Source of the DNA: an uncultured Nitrososphaerota archaeon
GTDB taxonomy: Archaea > Thermoproteota > Nitrososphaeria > Nitrososphaerales > CADDZS01
Length of the DNA: 64,000 bases
Direction: 5' to 3'
Assembly (NCBI GenBank): GCA_963799845.1
Contig: CAWCYI010000004.1
Location: 1,024,001-1,088,000, forward strand
The notes beneath the pieces were generated by a model, which saw only the letters and a list, made by a program, of their open reading frames with translations, searched no databases and was not told where the DNA came from. This document shows, piece by piece, positions 39,921 to 49,646 of the stretch (positions are counted from its first letter, which is position 1; each line of letters opens with the position of its first letter). The position numbers and the translations under genes are program-made.

Positions 39921-40496
39921 ATGTTGAATGATCAAGAACGATTACAGCACAAGAAGGAAGTAGCAGAGCTGGTGATCAAGGATATCGAACTTCTGGAGGG
40001 TGATGTCCGCAAGGGGATGTTCCCAGCCGAGACAGAACCCGAACAAATAATTGAACTTGTGAAAGCGCTCGCGAGCCTAAGTGGGGGTATAGATGTGGTA
40101 AACCTACAGAAAATCTTAGGCATACATAGTGACGAAATGGAACGATTAGTAAACGCTAGCCAGATCTTGGGCTTCACGAGTATCCACAATGGTCTTATCT
40201 GGTTAAGTGGGGCTGGAACGGAGCTGGGCAATTCTCCGATGAGCAAGAAAAGGCAGCTTATATCAGAAAGGATTTCCTTACTCGAACCTTTTAGGACAGC
40301 GATCGATATTGCGACTAAATCCAAGAGTTTCTCATCAGACAAAGTAGCTGATGTCCTCTCAAAGAAAGACCTCAGATGGGCAGAGGAAGAAGAGCTGAAT
40401 GAGTTACTTGTCCACGACATTCTTGTAGACTGCGCGGTTTTTGCAGGATTGCTTGAGTATGATGGAAGGACTGATATGTTTAGCCTGCGGTCGTGA
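39921..40496 (+). CDS. Stand-alone AAA-associated (ABC ATPase C-terminal, winged-helix-like) domain protein
   Basis: FP......I.ELV..L...GG.D...L, ASQILGF.....G.I.L...G, FAGLLEYD pattern. Confidence 0.6.
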   Translation: MLNDQERLQHKKEVAELVIKDIELLEGDVRKGMFPAETEPEQIIELVKALASLSGGIDVVNLQKILGIHSDEMERLVNASQILGFTSIHNGLIWLSGAGTELGNSPMSKKRQLISERISLLEPFRTAIDIATKSKSFSSDKVADVLSKKDLRWAEEEELNELLVHDILVDCAVFAGLLEYDGRTDMFSLRS

Positions 40497-40571
40497 ATGT
40501 GGAAATATTACAAATGCTCTAAACTCGAAAAGAGTTTCAGCTGAGACAAAAACGGATCTGAATTACGTCTT

Positions 40572-41363
40572 TTGCCTATTCCACTCGTCGAACCATCCGA
40601 GAGACAGGCAGTTCGGAGAATCAAGCGACACATTCACGCCTTGGAGGAAGTCGAGCAGTGCCGAGAAGTGCGAATGTCGTTCACAAGAAAGAAACCGCAT
40701 GTATACGTGCACGTCTGGCTTCGGGGAAACCCTGACTACGAGACTATTCACAGGATCTGCTCAACAATTGAAGTTGTAGTCAGAGTCATTGTCCCAAATG
40801 CAAGGGTAGCAGTGCGTTCAGAACCGAGCGTTGAAGGAACCGAAGAGGCGTGGTATCTCGTCAAGAAAATCGCGGAAGAGGAATCCGGATCTAGGGGCGC
40901 GCACAATATTCATCTAAAGAATGCCGGGGAAACGCTGGGAGTTGATTTTGTTCTTGAAGTGAGCGCGGACATGAACCTAAGACAGGCACATGACGTTTCG
41001 GCTCGGATAGAGAAAAAGATCGTTGCGTCAAATTCTAGAATATCGGAGATAATCATTCACGAAGAGTATGTTTCCGAGCTGATCGCGAGCGAACAATCCG
41101 GTCATGGCACCGAGATAAAATGGTACATTTTCCATGTCGTAATGAGATTTCCTGAAATTAGATTGATTCGGAATCCGACTATTCGACGGGTTGGTGATTT
41201 TTTCCACGTTTCAATCAGAGCAGCATTCAAGACCGGGACTAGTCCAGAGAAAATAAGTGAGGTTACATCAAGACTGGACTCGGCTATCAGAAACGGATAT
41301 CCAGCAATCGAAAAAGTATTCATTGTAACAGACTCGTCATCACGTGCTTCTGATACATTATAG
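40572..41363 (+). CDS. Tandem CDF dimerisation (ZT_dimer-like) domains without membrane domain
   Basis: Three repeats of the pattern HNIHL...VDFVLEV...MNL.QAH.V...IE..I....IIIHEE; no TM segments. Confidence 0.65.
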   Translation: MPIPLVEPSERQAVRRIKRHIHALEEVEQCREVRMSFTRKKPHVYVHVWLRGNPDYETIHRICSTIEVVVRVIVPNARVAVRSEPSVEGTEEAWYLVKKIAEEESGSRGAHNIHLKNAGETLGVDFVLEVSADMNLRQAHDVSARIEKKIVASNSRISEIIIHEEYVSELIASEQSGHGTEIKWYIFHVVMRFPEIRLIRNPTIRRVGDFFHVSIRAAFKTGTSPEKISEVTSRLDSAIRNGYPAIEKVFIVTDSSSRASDTL

Positions 41364-41441
41364 CGGCGAAGAAGCACGAAATCAAAGAAGCCCGAAGCTT
41401 CGAGAACTGTCGCAGAGTACTGGTCGCTTGAGAGTTCTGAC

Positions 41442-43949
41442 GTGTTCCGAGCTGAGGGCACAAGTGAGCAGGGCTTATCAAGCGAGGAAGCGAGGAATCG
41501 TCTTGCCATTTACGGCCCAAACGAACTGCCAAGGGAAAAATTCAGCTGGATAAAAATTCTCATCAATCAATTCACGAATCCAATGTTCGTAATACTCATC
41601 GTTGTGGCCGTCATTTCAGGATTCCTAGGCCAACCGGAACAATCTGCAATCATACTTGTGATCATAGGTCTGAGCGTAGTTCTCGGATTCTACAACGAAT
41701 TTCGTGCCGAGAAACTCGTCGAGGAGCTGAAGGACACTGTTTCAATAAAGGCTGTCGTCACAAGGGACGCCAAGACGAGCGAGCTCGATTCAGCCTTGCT
41801 TGTTCCGGGTGATCTTGTAACAGTGTACATAGGTGATATCGTCCCCGCCGACATGAGAATAATCGACTCGAAGGAATTACAAGTCAACGAGGCCGTACTG
41901 ACCGGTGAGTCGTTTCCCGTAGATAAGAATCCGGAGAGACTTTCAAACGCACCTTCTGCCCTAACTCAGGCCTCAAACTTGCTCTTCATGGGCACTGTCG
42001 TTACAAAAGGGATCGCTCGTGGAATCGTAACTTCTACAGGCAAGAATACCGAATTCGGCTCGATTTCAAAGAGCCTAGCTCGCGCGCACCCGGAAACAGA
42101 GTTCCAAAAAGGCACAAAGCGATATGGGAACCTGTTACTAACTCTCACGTTCTTTCTTGCAATAGGGATCTTTGGTTTCAATGCTTTAGTGGGACACTCG
42201 TTGCTGAACTCTCTTCTGTTTTCACTCGCAGTTGCAATAGGAATCGTGCCCGAGATGATGCCAGGGATAGTGACAATCACACTGTCACGTGGCGCTCACA
42301 AGATGGCGAAAGAGAAGGTCATTGTAAAGAGGCTTGTTTCAATGGAGAACTTGGGAAATATCAACGTGCTATGCACTGACAAGACCGGTACCTTAACAGA
42401 AGGTAAGATTATTCTGGAGAATTCAATAGCTCCTGACGGTACGGCCTATGAGAGACCTGTCACCTTGTCAGTTGTTTGCAGCGCGGCAACCTTCGTTGGA
42501 GAGAAGATCTCTGGCAATCCCATGGATGTAGCGATTCAGGAGTACGCTATCCAAGAAGGTCTACAAAATTTGGCCGCAGATTACCAGAAGGTCAACGAGG
42601 TTCCGTTTGACTATCATAGACGCATGGTGACTGTCATTGCAAACTGCAAAGACGAACTGATCCTGATCACAAAAGGTGCCCCCGAATCAGTGTTGCAAAA
42701 ATGCAAGTATGTAGAGTGGAATAAAGAAAAGACAGAGATTACTCCTGAGCTTACGGAAGAGATGTCCAAGAATTTCAACAATTTTTCAGAGAAAGGTCTG
42801 CGGGTTCTTGCAGTAGCTTGCGGTGAGACGGGAGCAAAAAGAGAGTACAGCAGCGCAGATGAAACAGATCTCACAATGGTGGGTTTTCTTGTCTTTACAG
42901 ATCCTCCAAAATTGAATGCAGGCAGTGCCATCGCAAAACTCAAGGCGCTTGGGGTGGATACCAAGATTTTGACTGGTGACAATGAATTAATTGCAAAGAA
43001 AGTTTGCGAGGATCTGGGTCTCCACATCAACGGAATCGTTACTGGTTCAGACCTGACTCCATTGAGCTGGGTTGAGTTCAAGTCGCGAGCGGAAGAAGCG
43101 ACAATTTTTGCTAGAGTCACCCCAGATCAAAAGCTAGATCTGATCAAGGCACTAAAGGAAAATGGGCATGTTGTGGGTTACATGGGAGACGGCGTAAACG
43201 ATGCTCCTGCCCTCTATGAAGCAGACGCTGGAATATCTGTAGACTCGGCTGTCGATGTCTCGAAATCAGCAGCCGATATAGTTCTTTTGGAGAAGGATCT
43301 AAATGTTCTCGCAAACGGCGTGGAAGAAGGACGAAGGACCTTCGCCAATACAATGAAGTACGTCCTAATGGGTACGAGTTCAAACTTTGGTAACATGTTC
43401 AGCGCATCCGCTGCTTCCGTGTTCCTCCCCTTCCTGCCGATGCTTCCAATGCAGATTCTTTTCATGAACCTGTTATACAATTTCTCAAATCTGACTCTTC
43501 CAACCGACAATGTTGATCCAGAGTACACCAAATGGCCAAGGCGATGGGACATTGGGTTTGTACGGAATTTCACCTTGTTTTTCGGACCGTTTAGCTCGGT
43601 CTACGACTTCTTGACGTTTGGGATAATGCTGTTCATATTTCAAGCGTCAGCCTCGCTTTTCCAAAGCGGATGGTTTGTCGAATCCTTCTGGACGGAGGTA
43701 TTGATCATATTTGTGATCAGAACAAGACGTATTCCGTTTTACAAAAGCCGGCCTGGTAAGTGGCTCACGGTCTTGACGCTGGGTTGCGTGGCGTTCGGTA
43801 CGGTACTACCATTTACAACGCTGGGTAGTTTCTTGGGTTTTGTGCCACTGCCACTTGGCTTCTGGGTACTAAACATACTCATGACTGCCACCTACCTGCT
43901 ACTAGTAGACGCAGGTAAGGTCTTCTTTTACAGGGTGTGCGGATTTTGA
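41442..43949 (+). CDS. mgtA: Mg2+-importing P-type ATPase (type IIIB)
   Basis: TGES, PEMMP, DKTGTLT, KGAPE, TGD, GDGVND, MGTSSNFGNMFS, PFLPMLPMQIL. Confidence 0.93.
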   Translation: MFRAEGTSEQGLSSEEARNRLAIYGPNELPREKFSWIKILINQFTNPMFVILIVVAVISGFLGQPEQSAIILVIIGLSVVLGFYNEFRAEKLVEELKDTVSIKAVVTRDAKTSELDSALLVPGDLVTVYIGDIVPADMRIIDSKELQVNEAVLTGESFPVDKNPERLSNAPSALTQASNLLFMGTVVTKGIARGIVTSTGKNTEFGSISKSLARAHPETEFQKGTKRYGNLLLTLTFFLAIGIFGFNALVGHSLLNSLLFSLAVAIGIVPEMMPGIVTITLSRGAHKMAKEKVIVKRLVSMENLGNINVLCTDKTGTLTEGKIILENSIAPDGTAYERPVTLSVVCSAATFVGEKISGNPMDVAIQEYAIQEGLQNLAADYQKVNEVPFDYHRRMVTVIANCKDELILITKGAPESVLQKCKYVEWNKEKTEITPELTEEMSKNFNNFSEKGLRVLAVACGETGAKREYSSADETDLTMVGFLVFTDPPKLNAGSAIAKLKALGVDTKILTGDNELIAKKVCEDLGLHINGIVTGSDLTPLSWVEFKSRAEEATIFARVTPDQKLDLIKALKENGHVVGYMGDGVNDAPALYEADAGISVDSAVDVSKSAADIVLLEKDLNVLANGVEEGRRTFANTMKYVLMGTSSNFGNMFSASAASVFLPFLPMLPMQILFMNLLYNFSNLTLPTDNVDPEYTKWPRRWDIGFVRNFTLFFGPFSSVYDFLTFGIMLFIFQASASLFQSGWFVESFWTEVLIIFVIRTRRIPFYKSRPGKWLTVLTLGCVAFGTVLPFTTLGSFLGFVPLPLGFWVLNILMTATYLLLVDAGKVFFYRVCGF

Positions 43950-43969
43950 AGGGAGCTAGTTGAGAGGGA

Positions 43970-44263
43970 ATGGTTTACGCGGATCTGTTTGGCTGGTGGA
44001 TCGGCACAATCAGCTGGAGTATCGCCTTTCCAATCGTGGTGAGCATTTACTTGCATCGGCGTAGAATTCGGTCATCAACGGCCCAAGTGAGAAAGAAGGT
44101 CCAGTGGGTAAGAGACTTTACGTTTGTATGGTTTCTATTGGGTCTTCTTATTTTCTACATAATTACAGTAAGTCAAGGGTCGTCTTTAGAGTTCGGGATT
44201 GGGAATATCGCCTTCGAGTTGTTGCTCATCACATACGCTTTCAAAAACAGACAGAAAAATTAG
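43970..44263 (+). CDS. Small 3-TM membrane protein
   Basis: 97-aa hydrophobic ORF 20 nt after mgtA. Confidence 0.65.
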   Translation: MVYADLFGWWIGTISWSIAFPIVVSIYLHRRRIRSSTAQVRKKVQWVRDFTFVWFLLGLLIFYIITVSQGSSLEFGIGNIAFELLLITYAFKNRQKN

Positions 44264-44355
44264 TCCTCAGAGATGAAGTACAGGATATTCGCCATCGTAA
44301 TGACAAACACTGATAGACACGCTCTAAGTTGAATCAAAGGTTGACTTCAAAAGTC

Positions 44356-44381
44356 GAGCGTTATCATTGTTGAGAATCGTA
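44356..44381 (+). promoter_or_regulatory. Island box, copy 16 (last clear copy)
   Basis: GAGCGTTATCA-TTGT-TGAGAATCGTA, then 8 nt, then TTAAAA. Confidence 0.8.
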
Positions 44382-44455
44382 TTCGGGTCTTAAAAGAATG
44401 GAAGAGCATTATGTGCTCGCTGTGGTTCAGCTTGACGAATGGTGATATTATAAGT

Positions 44456-44572
44456 ATGGAAGTATCAAATGATGCACTCGTAATCTGCGATTCGAGATTT
44501 GGAAATACAAAGAAAATAAGAGAGGGGAAAAAGTTGAGGAGATCGGAAAGTCTTTCTCAGCCATCACAATAG
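44456..44572 (+). pseudogene. Flavodoxin N-terminal remnant
   Basis: MEVSNDALVICDSRFGNTKKI matches the flavodoxin FMN-phosphate loop (LVxYxSxxGNTxxIA); similarity then stops. Confidence 0.5.
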
Positions 44573-44587
44573 GGAGGAGATGCAAGT

Positions 44588-44857
44588 ATGAGCGTTGTCA
44601 GCGAACGTAGATCAGCGACAGGATATGAAGGCCCCATAGCTCCTATCATTGCATCAATTGTTGGAATTATTGTGTGGCTTGTTTTTTTCTTGGTTTATGC
44701 GCTGTAATGGTCAAAGAGTTTTGATCTTTTTCAAAACGTCATTGTCACGATGGTCTCGCTCACAATCGCTACAGTGTTGATCGGCTTGATGTGGCTCATC
44801 TGGTTCAAACCAACGGGTGAGCTCCGAAGACCTTTAAAAGAAACATCTGCCAATTGA
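44588..44857 (+). pseudogene. Small 2-TM membrane protein interrupted by in-frame TAA
   Basis: ..IIVWLVFFLVYAL-TAA(44705)-WSKSFDLFQNVIVTMVSL..; the frame stays hydrophobic across the stop. Confidence 0.6.
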
Positions 44858-44961
44858 GCGGCCGCGACAAAAACCGATCTGTTATCAATTGCATCACTTC
44901 CTTAGATGAAATATCAGTTTCTGGGGCCATGGGAAACTCTTAGGTTCTCGATCCCCATCGT

Positions 44962-45840
44962 ATGTCGAATAAATTGGTATACGCTGAGCTTGCTGGGATT
45001 AAGTTAGGAGACGACTATCCTGTCAGAATAATGGGAATCATTAACGTCAGTCCCGAGTCCTTCTACAAGGGCTCGGTGAAATCGAGACCGGATGACGCTT
45101 CTGAACTTGCCGCCGAGATGGTGAAGGAAGGCGCGGATATTATCGATGTAGGCGGAATGTCGACTGCCCCTTATCTCGTAACGGAGATTTCCATCGAAGA
45201 GGAGACCAAGAGATTGATGACAGCGATCAAAGCGATCAGGGAAGCTGTTAAAGTACCGATATCAGTTGATACTCCCAGGTTGGCTCCAGCAGAAGCTTCT
45301 CTGGAAGCCGGAGCGAAAATTGTTAATGATGTAAGCGGTCTGAAGCATGACGCGCGAATGGCAGACCTCATCACAAAACATGATGCTTCCGCTATCCTGA
45401 TGGCCTTCGAAATGAAGAATAGCTCCGGTCCACCCATGGAAAGAATCACGTCAGCATTGAGAGAAACACTCGACTTGAGCAGCAGGGTTGGAATACCAGA
45501 GAAGAAGATCGTGATTGATCCTGGTCTGGGATTTTTTCGCAAGGATGGAAGAGGATTTGGATTCTCACCTTCCAGCGAACTTCCTTGGTACGCGTGGGAT
45601 TGTACCGTTATTAGGGAGCTTGGTCAACTTCGAAGTTTGGGCAGGCCTTCGTGCATCTCGATATCAAGAAAGTCCTTCATTGGCAAGATACTCGGGATCG
45701 AAAATCCTGACGAGCGGCTGATCGGTTCGCTTGCAGCGACATCAATTGCCGTCTTTAACGGGACTCACCTAGTTAGAACTCACGACGTCGGCGCAACCGT
45801 TCAGGCAGTAAGATTGGCTGAGAGTATCAGGAAGCGATGA
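44962..45840 (+). CDS. folP: Dihydropteroate synthase
   Basis: MGIINVSPESF, IDVGGMST, SVDT, VNDVSG, IDPGLGF, SRKSFIG, RTHDV. Confidence 0.95.
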   Translation: MSNKLVYAELAGIKLGDDYPVRIMGIINVSPESFYKGSVKSRPDDASELAAEMVKEGADIIDVGGMSTAPYLVTEISIEEETKRLMTAIKAIREAVKVPISVDTPRLAPAEASLEAGAKIVNDVSGLKHDARMADLITKHDASAILMAFEMKNSSGPPMERITSALRETLDLSSRVGIPEKKIVIDPGLGFFRKDGRGFGFSPSSELPWYAWDCTVIRELGQLRSLGRPSCISISRKSFIGKILGIENPDERLIGSLAATSIAVFNGTHLVRTHDVGATVQAVRLAESIRKR

Positions 45841-45873
45841 GGATGACAGAATGCGATATCCCCGAAGCTGTGA

Positions 45874-46233
45874 TTGATTGTGGATAAGATCTTCATCGAG
45901 AATATGGTGGTGCCGTGCAGGGTGGGCATCACCGAGAAAGAAAGGGGTAGAAGGCAGACTGTAATCGTTGACCTTTACATCTTCCGCGACTTGACGGATG
46001 CGGGTATTACGGATGACCCTGATAAGACATCAAGCTATTCAGAAATTAGGGAGAATGTATTCGACTTTGTCTCAAAGGGCGAGTTCAGACTTCTGGAGAG
46101 CATCGCCGAGGGAATAGCTTCTCTCCTTCTCGAGAATACCGTTGTAATGAAAGTGAAGGTCAGGGTTCGGAAGAAAAAATACGCGACAAGTCCAGGCATT
46201 GGAATAGAGATTATGAGGACTCGCCATGGTTGA
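45874..46233 (+). CDS. folB: Dihydroneopterin aldolase
   Basis: DKIFI, VG...ER...Q, SY, LLESIAE, VRVRK; sits between folP and folK. Confidence 0.9.
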   Translation: MIVDKIFIENMVVPCRVGITEKERGRRQTVIVDLYIFRDLTDAGITDDPDKTSSYSEIRENVFDFVSKGEFRLLESIAEGIASLLLENTVVMKVKVRVRKKKYATSPGIGIEIMRTRHG

Positions 46234-46714
46234 TGTCTTTATCGGTCTTGGATCAAATCTTGACGATAGGGAGGGCAACCTGAGGAGGGCCGTAGAATTA
46301 CTGAAACAGAAGATGAAACTCGTCAAGGTCTCTTCTCTTTACGAGTCAGAACCAATGTACGTGAAAGACCAGCCTTGGTTCTTGAATTGTGTCGCGGAGT
46401 TCGAGACCAAACTTACTCCGGTAGAACTCCTGGATTATCTTCGTGAAATCGAAAGAAAGTTGAGAAGACAAGAGAGTGTGAGGTACGGTCCCAGGTCCAT
46501 CGATCTGGATATCTTATTCTACGGAAATGAAGTCGTAGAGAAAAACGGATTGAAAATTCCCCATCCCAGGATCCAAGAGAGGCGATTTGTCTTGGTTCCC
46601 CTCGAAGAGATTGATCCAGATTACATTCACCCGGTTTATCGAAGTAGTATTTCCACTCTCCTCGCTAATCTGAAATCGAACGAGTTGGTCCGAAAGGTTG
46701 AACAGTCAATTTAG
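46226..46714 (+). CDS. folK: HPPK pyrophosphokinase
   Basis: IGLGSNL, FLN, YGPRSIDLDIL, IPHPRI.ERRFVLVPL. Confidence 0.97.
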   Translation: MVDVFIGLGSNLDDREGNLRRAVELLKQKMKLVKVSSLYESEPMYVKDQPWFLNCVAEFETKLTPVELLDYLREIERKLRRQESVRYGPRSIDLDILFYGNEVVEKNGLKIPHPRIQERRFVLVPLEEIDPDYIHPVYRSSISTLLANLKSNELVRKVEQSI

Positions 46715-47011
46715 GGCACATATGGGGACGATACTTACGAGAAAATAGCTATCCCTAGCTATAACTCTATCCTGTACTCTCGCGCTTTTAATAGCAGTTC
46801 CCATTGATTCTTATATAGAAAAAATTCTGCCGTTTAGCAACCGCGCGTACCTTTTGGCCGAAGAGTTACGTTCAAGCTCTGTTCAATTGAAGCAGCTTGT
46901 TTCACCTCTGTAGCTAAAACAGAGCTCGAAACACCGAGTTCGATTTTCTTCTTCTGCCTCTTTTCCTGCCTAACTGTCAGGGGTCAATTCTTATCTTAGA
47001 AAGTATCACTC

Positions 47012-47548
47012 GTGAAACTGGCGATAGGCGTAATAACGAGCCCGCAAGCTGGAAATCCGACAAAATTGACAGTAGACATTGCAGTCAAGACGACACCAAG
47101 CTACAAAGTAGCGTCACTTGAAAAAGTGGGTTCCGAAGGCTCTGATCCGCTCCGGCGAGAATTTTCAGAACTGGAAAAGTGGGCGAAAAAACAGAAGGTC
47201 AAAACCGGGAGATGGATATTCTACTTTTTTGAGACTGGGAGGGCGCCGAGTCGATACAAATTCGAAGCGTGTTTAGAGATAAGAGGGAATCCAAAGCCGG
47301 AGGGAAAGATCAAGCTTAAAACACTTCCAAAGCTGACCGTGGCGGGCGTAAAGTTCAACCCTGACCACGTTGCCCCGAGGCTGGTTTACAACGGAGTCTA
47401 CGGTTGGCTGGATGAGAATGACATGTACAAAGTGTCCGGTCCGTTCTCAAGGGAAATTTATTTCGGAAATCCGTGGACTGATTCTTGGGCGTGGGCTCGT
47501 GCTGAAATCCAAGTTCCAGCTGAAAAAAAGTCGAAGAAAAAACGCTGA
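47012..47548 (+). CDS. GyrI-like small-molecule-binding protein
   Basis: Y..VYGWL......SGPFSREIY...P.....EIQVP pattern. Confidence 0.7.
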   Translation: MKLAIGVITSPQAGNPTKLTVDIAVKTTPSYKVASLEKVGSEGSDPLRREFSELEKWAKKQKVKTGRWIFYFFETGRAPSRYKFEACLEIRGNPKPEGKIKLKTLPKLTVAGVKFNPDHVAPRLVYNGVYGWLDENDMYKVSGPFSREIYFGNPWTDSWAWARAEIQVPAEKKSKKKR

Positions 47549-47558
47549 TCTCTAAGAA

Positions 47559-49404
47559 TTAGATTTCAATTTCCTTACCCGTCCTCCCGTCGATCCACAC
47601 GTGCCGAGTTCTCCCTTTCAGGATGATTTCGGCCACGTAAACTGGATAGTAGATGTGCCTGAAACTATCCACGTCGGCGCCCTCCCAAAGTCCCTTTACC
47701 GCCTCTCGTACCTGAGGCTCTTTTATCTTCAATTTTGAGAGCTTGAACCCATCGGAAGGAGTAAGCTCGTTCAGCTTCAGAAGCGGCTGGCTGATCAAAT
47801 CTATTTTCGGAATGTCCAAGAGCCGCCTGTACATCTTCGCCCGACCGCTCTTTGTTGAACGGACGAGTCGCCTGTCTTCGAGCCCCTTGAGGAATCGGCG
47901 GGTTTCTTCGGTCTCCCTCTTCGCGACACCAGCGATCTCGATCAGGCTCAAATCCCTGTCCGGGTACAGCGCTTTTAAAATCGCAATGTGCCCTTCGTCT
48001 AGCGTCAACAGTTTTTCGAATCCTTTTTTCGTGCCAAGTCTATCTGTGACCTCCGCGAGCTTACCGCTCATGCCGTCCAGAAGGAAATATTTCGTGTCAA
48101 ATTTTTTCTTGATGAGGCCTGCCCTAATTCTTACGCCCACCTCCACCAACGGCCTAAAAACCAGGGCCACTCCCGTTACGTTTTCCTTCTGCCCAAACAA
48201 CCTGTACGTCTTCTCAAGCTTGATGAGAGCGGGAACCGACTCGGCCTGTATCATCGGGGCGAGTCCCATGATTTTGGAATCGGAATCAGTCCCGGCTCTA
48301 ATCGGCTCAAAGTCTACTGAGTCGCTCTCTGGAATATCCTCGGATTGATTGTCTTCGAATTGAGCTCCCAACTCTTCCACGACATCCGAAATCTCCTTTC
48401 TCGGCACGACAGCGGTCGTCTCAGGTTTGGGCAGCGCAACCGCCGTCTCTTTTTTCTCCTGTACCAGGACGGCGGTCTCCTGCTCGTCCGGAAGCGCAAT
48501 CGCCGTTTCCCGCGGCGTACCCAGCTGGATCGTCTCCAATATTTTCCCAACAGAATCTCCTACCACGGTCGGGTGGAGTTTCGGGGTCATTCCGCCATGA
48601 CGCGTCTCCCGAGCGCGTATCTTCACTTTTTCTGGCTCCTGCACTATGCCACCGAGGGCAAAAAATTCACCGGGAGATAGTGCGGTCAGCTGATTTGGGG
48701 GCCCGTGGTTTGAAAAAAACTGCGCGACAGAGTTCAGGTCGTTCTTGATTACGAGTTTTCCAATTAACTGGTTCGAGCACTGGCTCAAAATATTCTTGTC
48801 GACAACAGAGGGCCTCTGGGTGCATAGCATCAATCCAAGGCCTCGCTTTCGGCCGCGGCGCGCGATCTCGTCGAAGATGGGAAGCCTATCGCCAACCTGC
48901 GGGGAGAATCGATCCGCCTCCTCTAAAATGACGAGATAAGGCGTCCTCCGTCTGGATATTTCTCGATAGAGCTCGATGAGAAATTCGCTTACCTTCTCGC
49001 GTGGCTTAACCGCTTCCGAGAGATCAAACACTATCGGTGGACAATCTGGGGCTCTCTTCGCAAGCAATTTTAGATCAAACTTGTTCCTCCAGCGGAGATC
49101 GCTTTTTTCATCATCTCCAACCCAGATGACTTCGAATTTTTCTTTGAGCCCCGAATATTCGCCTTCAATGTCCACAATCACAAAAGGAACCTTGTTCTTG
49201 CATAGTTCCTCGCAAATCACTCCCACGGTGTAGACTCTTGCCGCTCCCGCTGCTTCCGATGACACAAGTTCTCCCGGTTGCGATCAAATCCGGACTCACC
49301 TGAAATGGCTGTGCATCCTCTTCCTCCAAAAAAAACGGAGTATCCCCACCAATTTCTCCTTTGGAAATTATTGTCCCGAGATTCAGAAGCTGTTCGGCAG
49401 ACAT
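47559..49404 (-). CDS. HerA/DUF87-like ATPase with C-terminal winged helix, one frameshift
   Basis: Walker A GSSGSGKS in ORF 49165-49470 joins YTVGVICEE by a 1-nt indel near 49233; DIEGEY, LEEADRF, RGRKRGLG, TQRPS. Confidence 0.88.
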
Positions 49405-49646
49405 CGCGGGAAACGCTAGGTAGAAAGCTTCTATTAACTTGTCTAAGATCACTCTCGACTTTCGAGACATGAAAAGGCATTTGCTGAAATCCGGTTATTC
49501 TCGCCATCAGAATTCTACCCGGATCGATTAAAGAAAATTTTCCGTTTTCTTAACGAGAGCATGTATCTTTCCAAAACTGAATTCTGACTTTCCGGACAAC
49601 ATTAATACCGCTCTCAAAAAATCCGAAATAACGATCATTAGATAAG

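Noticed and set aside
2089-44381. Treating the recurring 26-mer as CRISPR repeats, REP/MITE ends or a Fur box
   Set aside because: Copies are dispersed singly, degenerate and tied to TATA spacing. The half-sites resemble Fur's TGATAAT but are in the opposite order (ATTATCA-N4-TGATAAT), unlike the 7-1-7 Fur box
46744-46761. Small palindrome ATAGCTA-TCCC-TAGCTAT after folK
   Set aside because: Short, AT-rich single instance; at most a weak terminator
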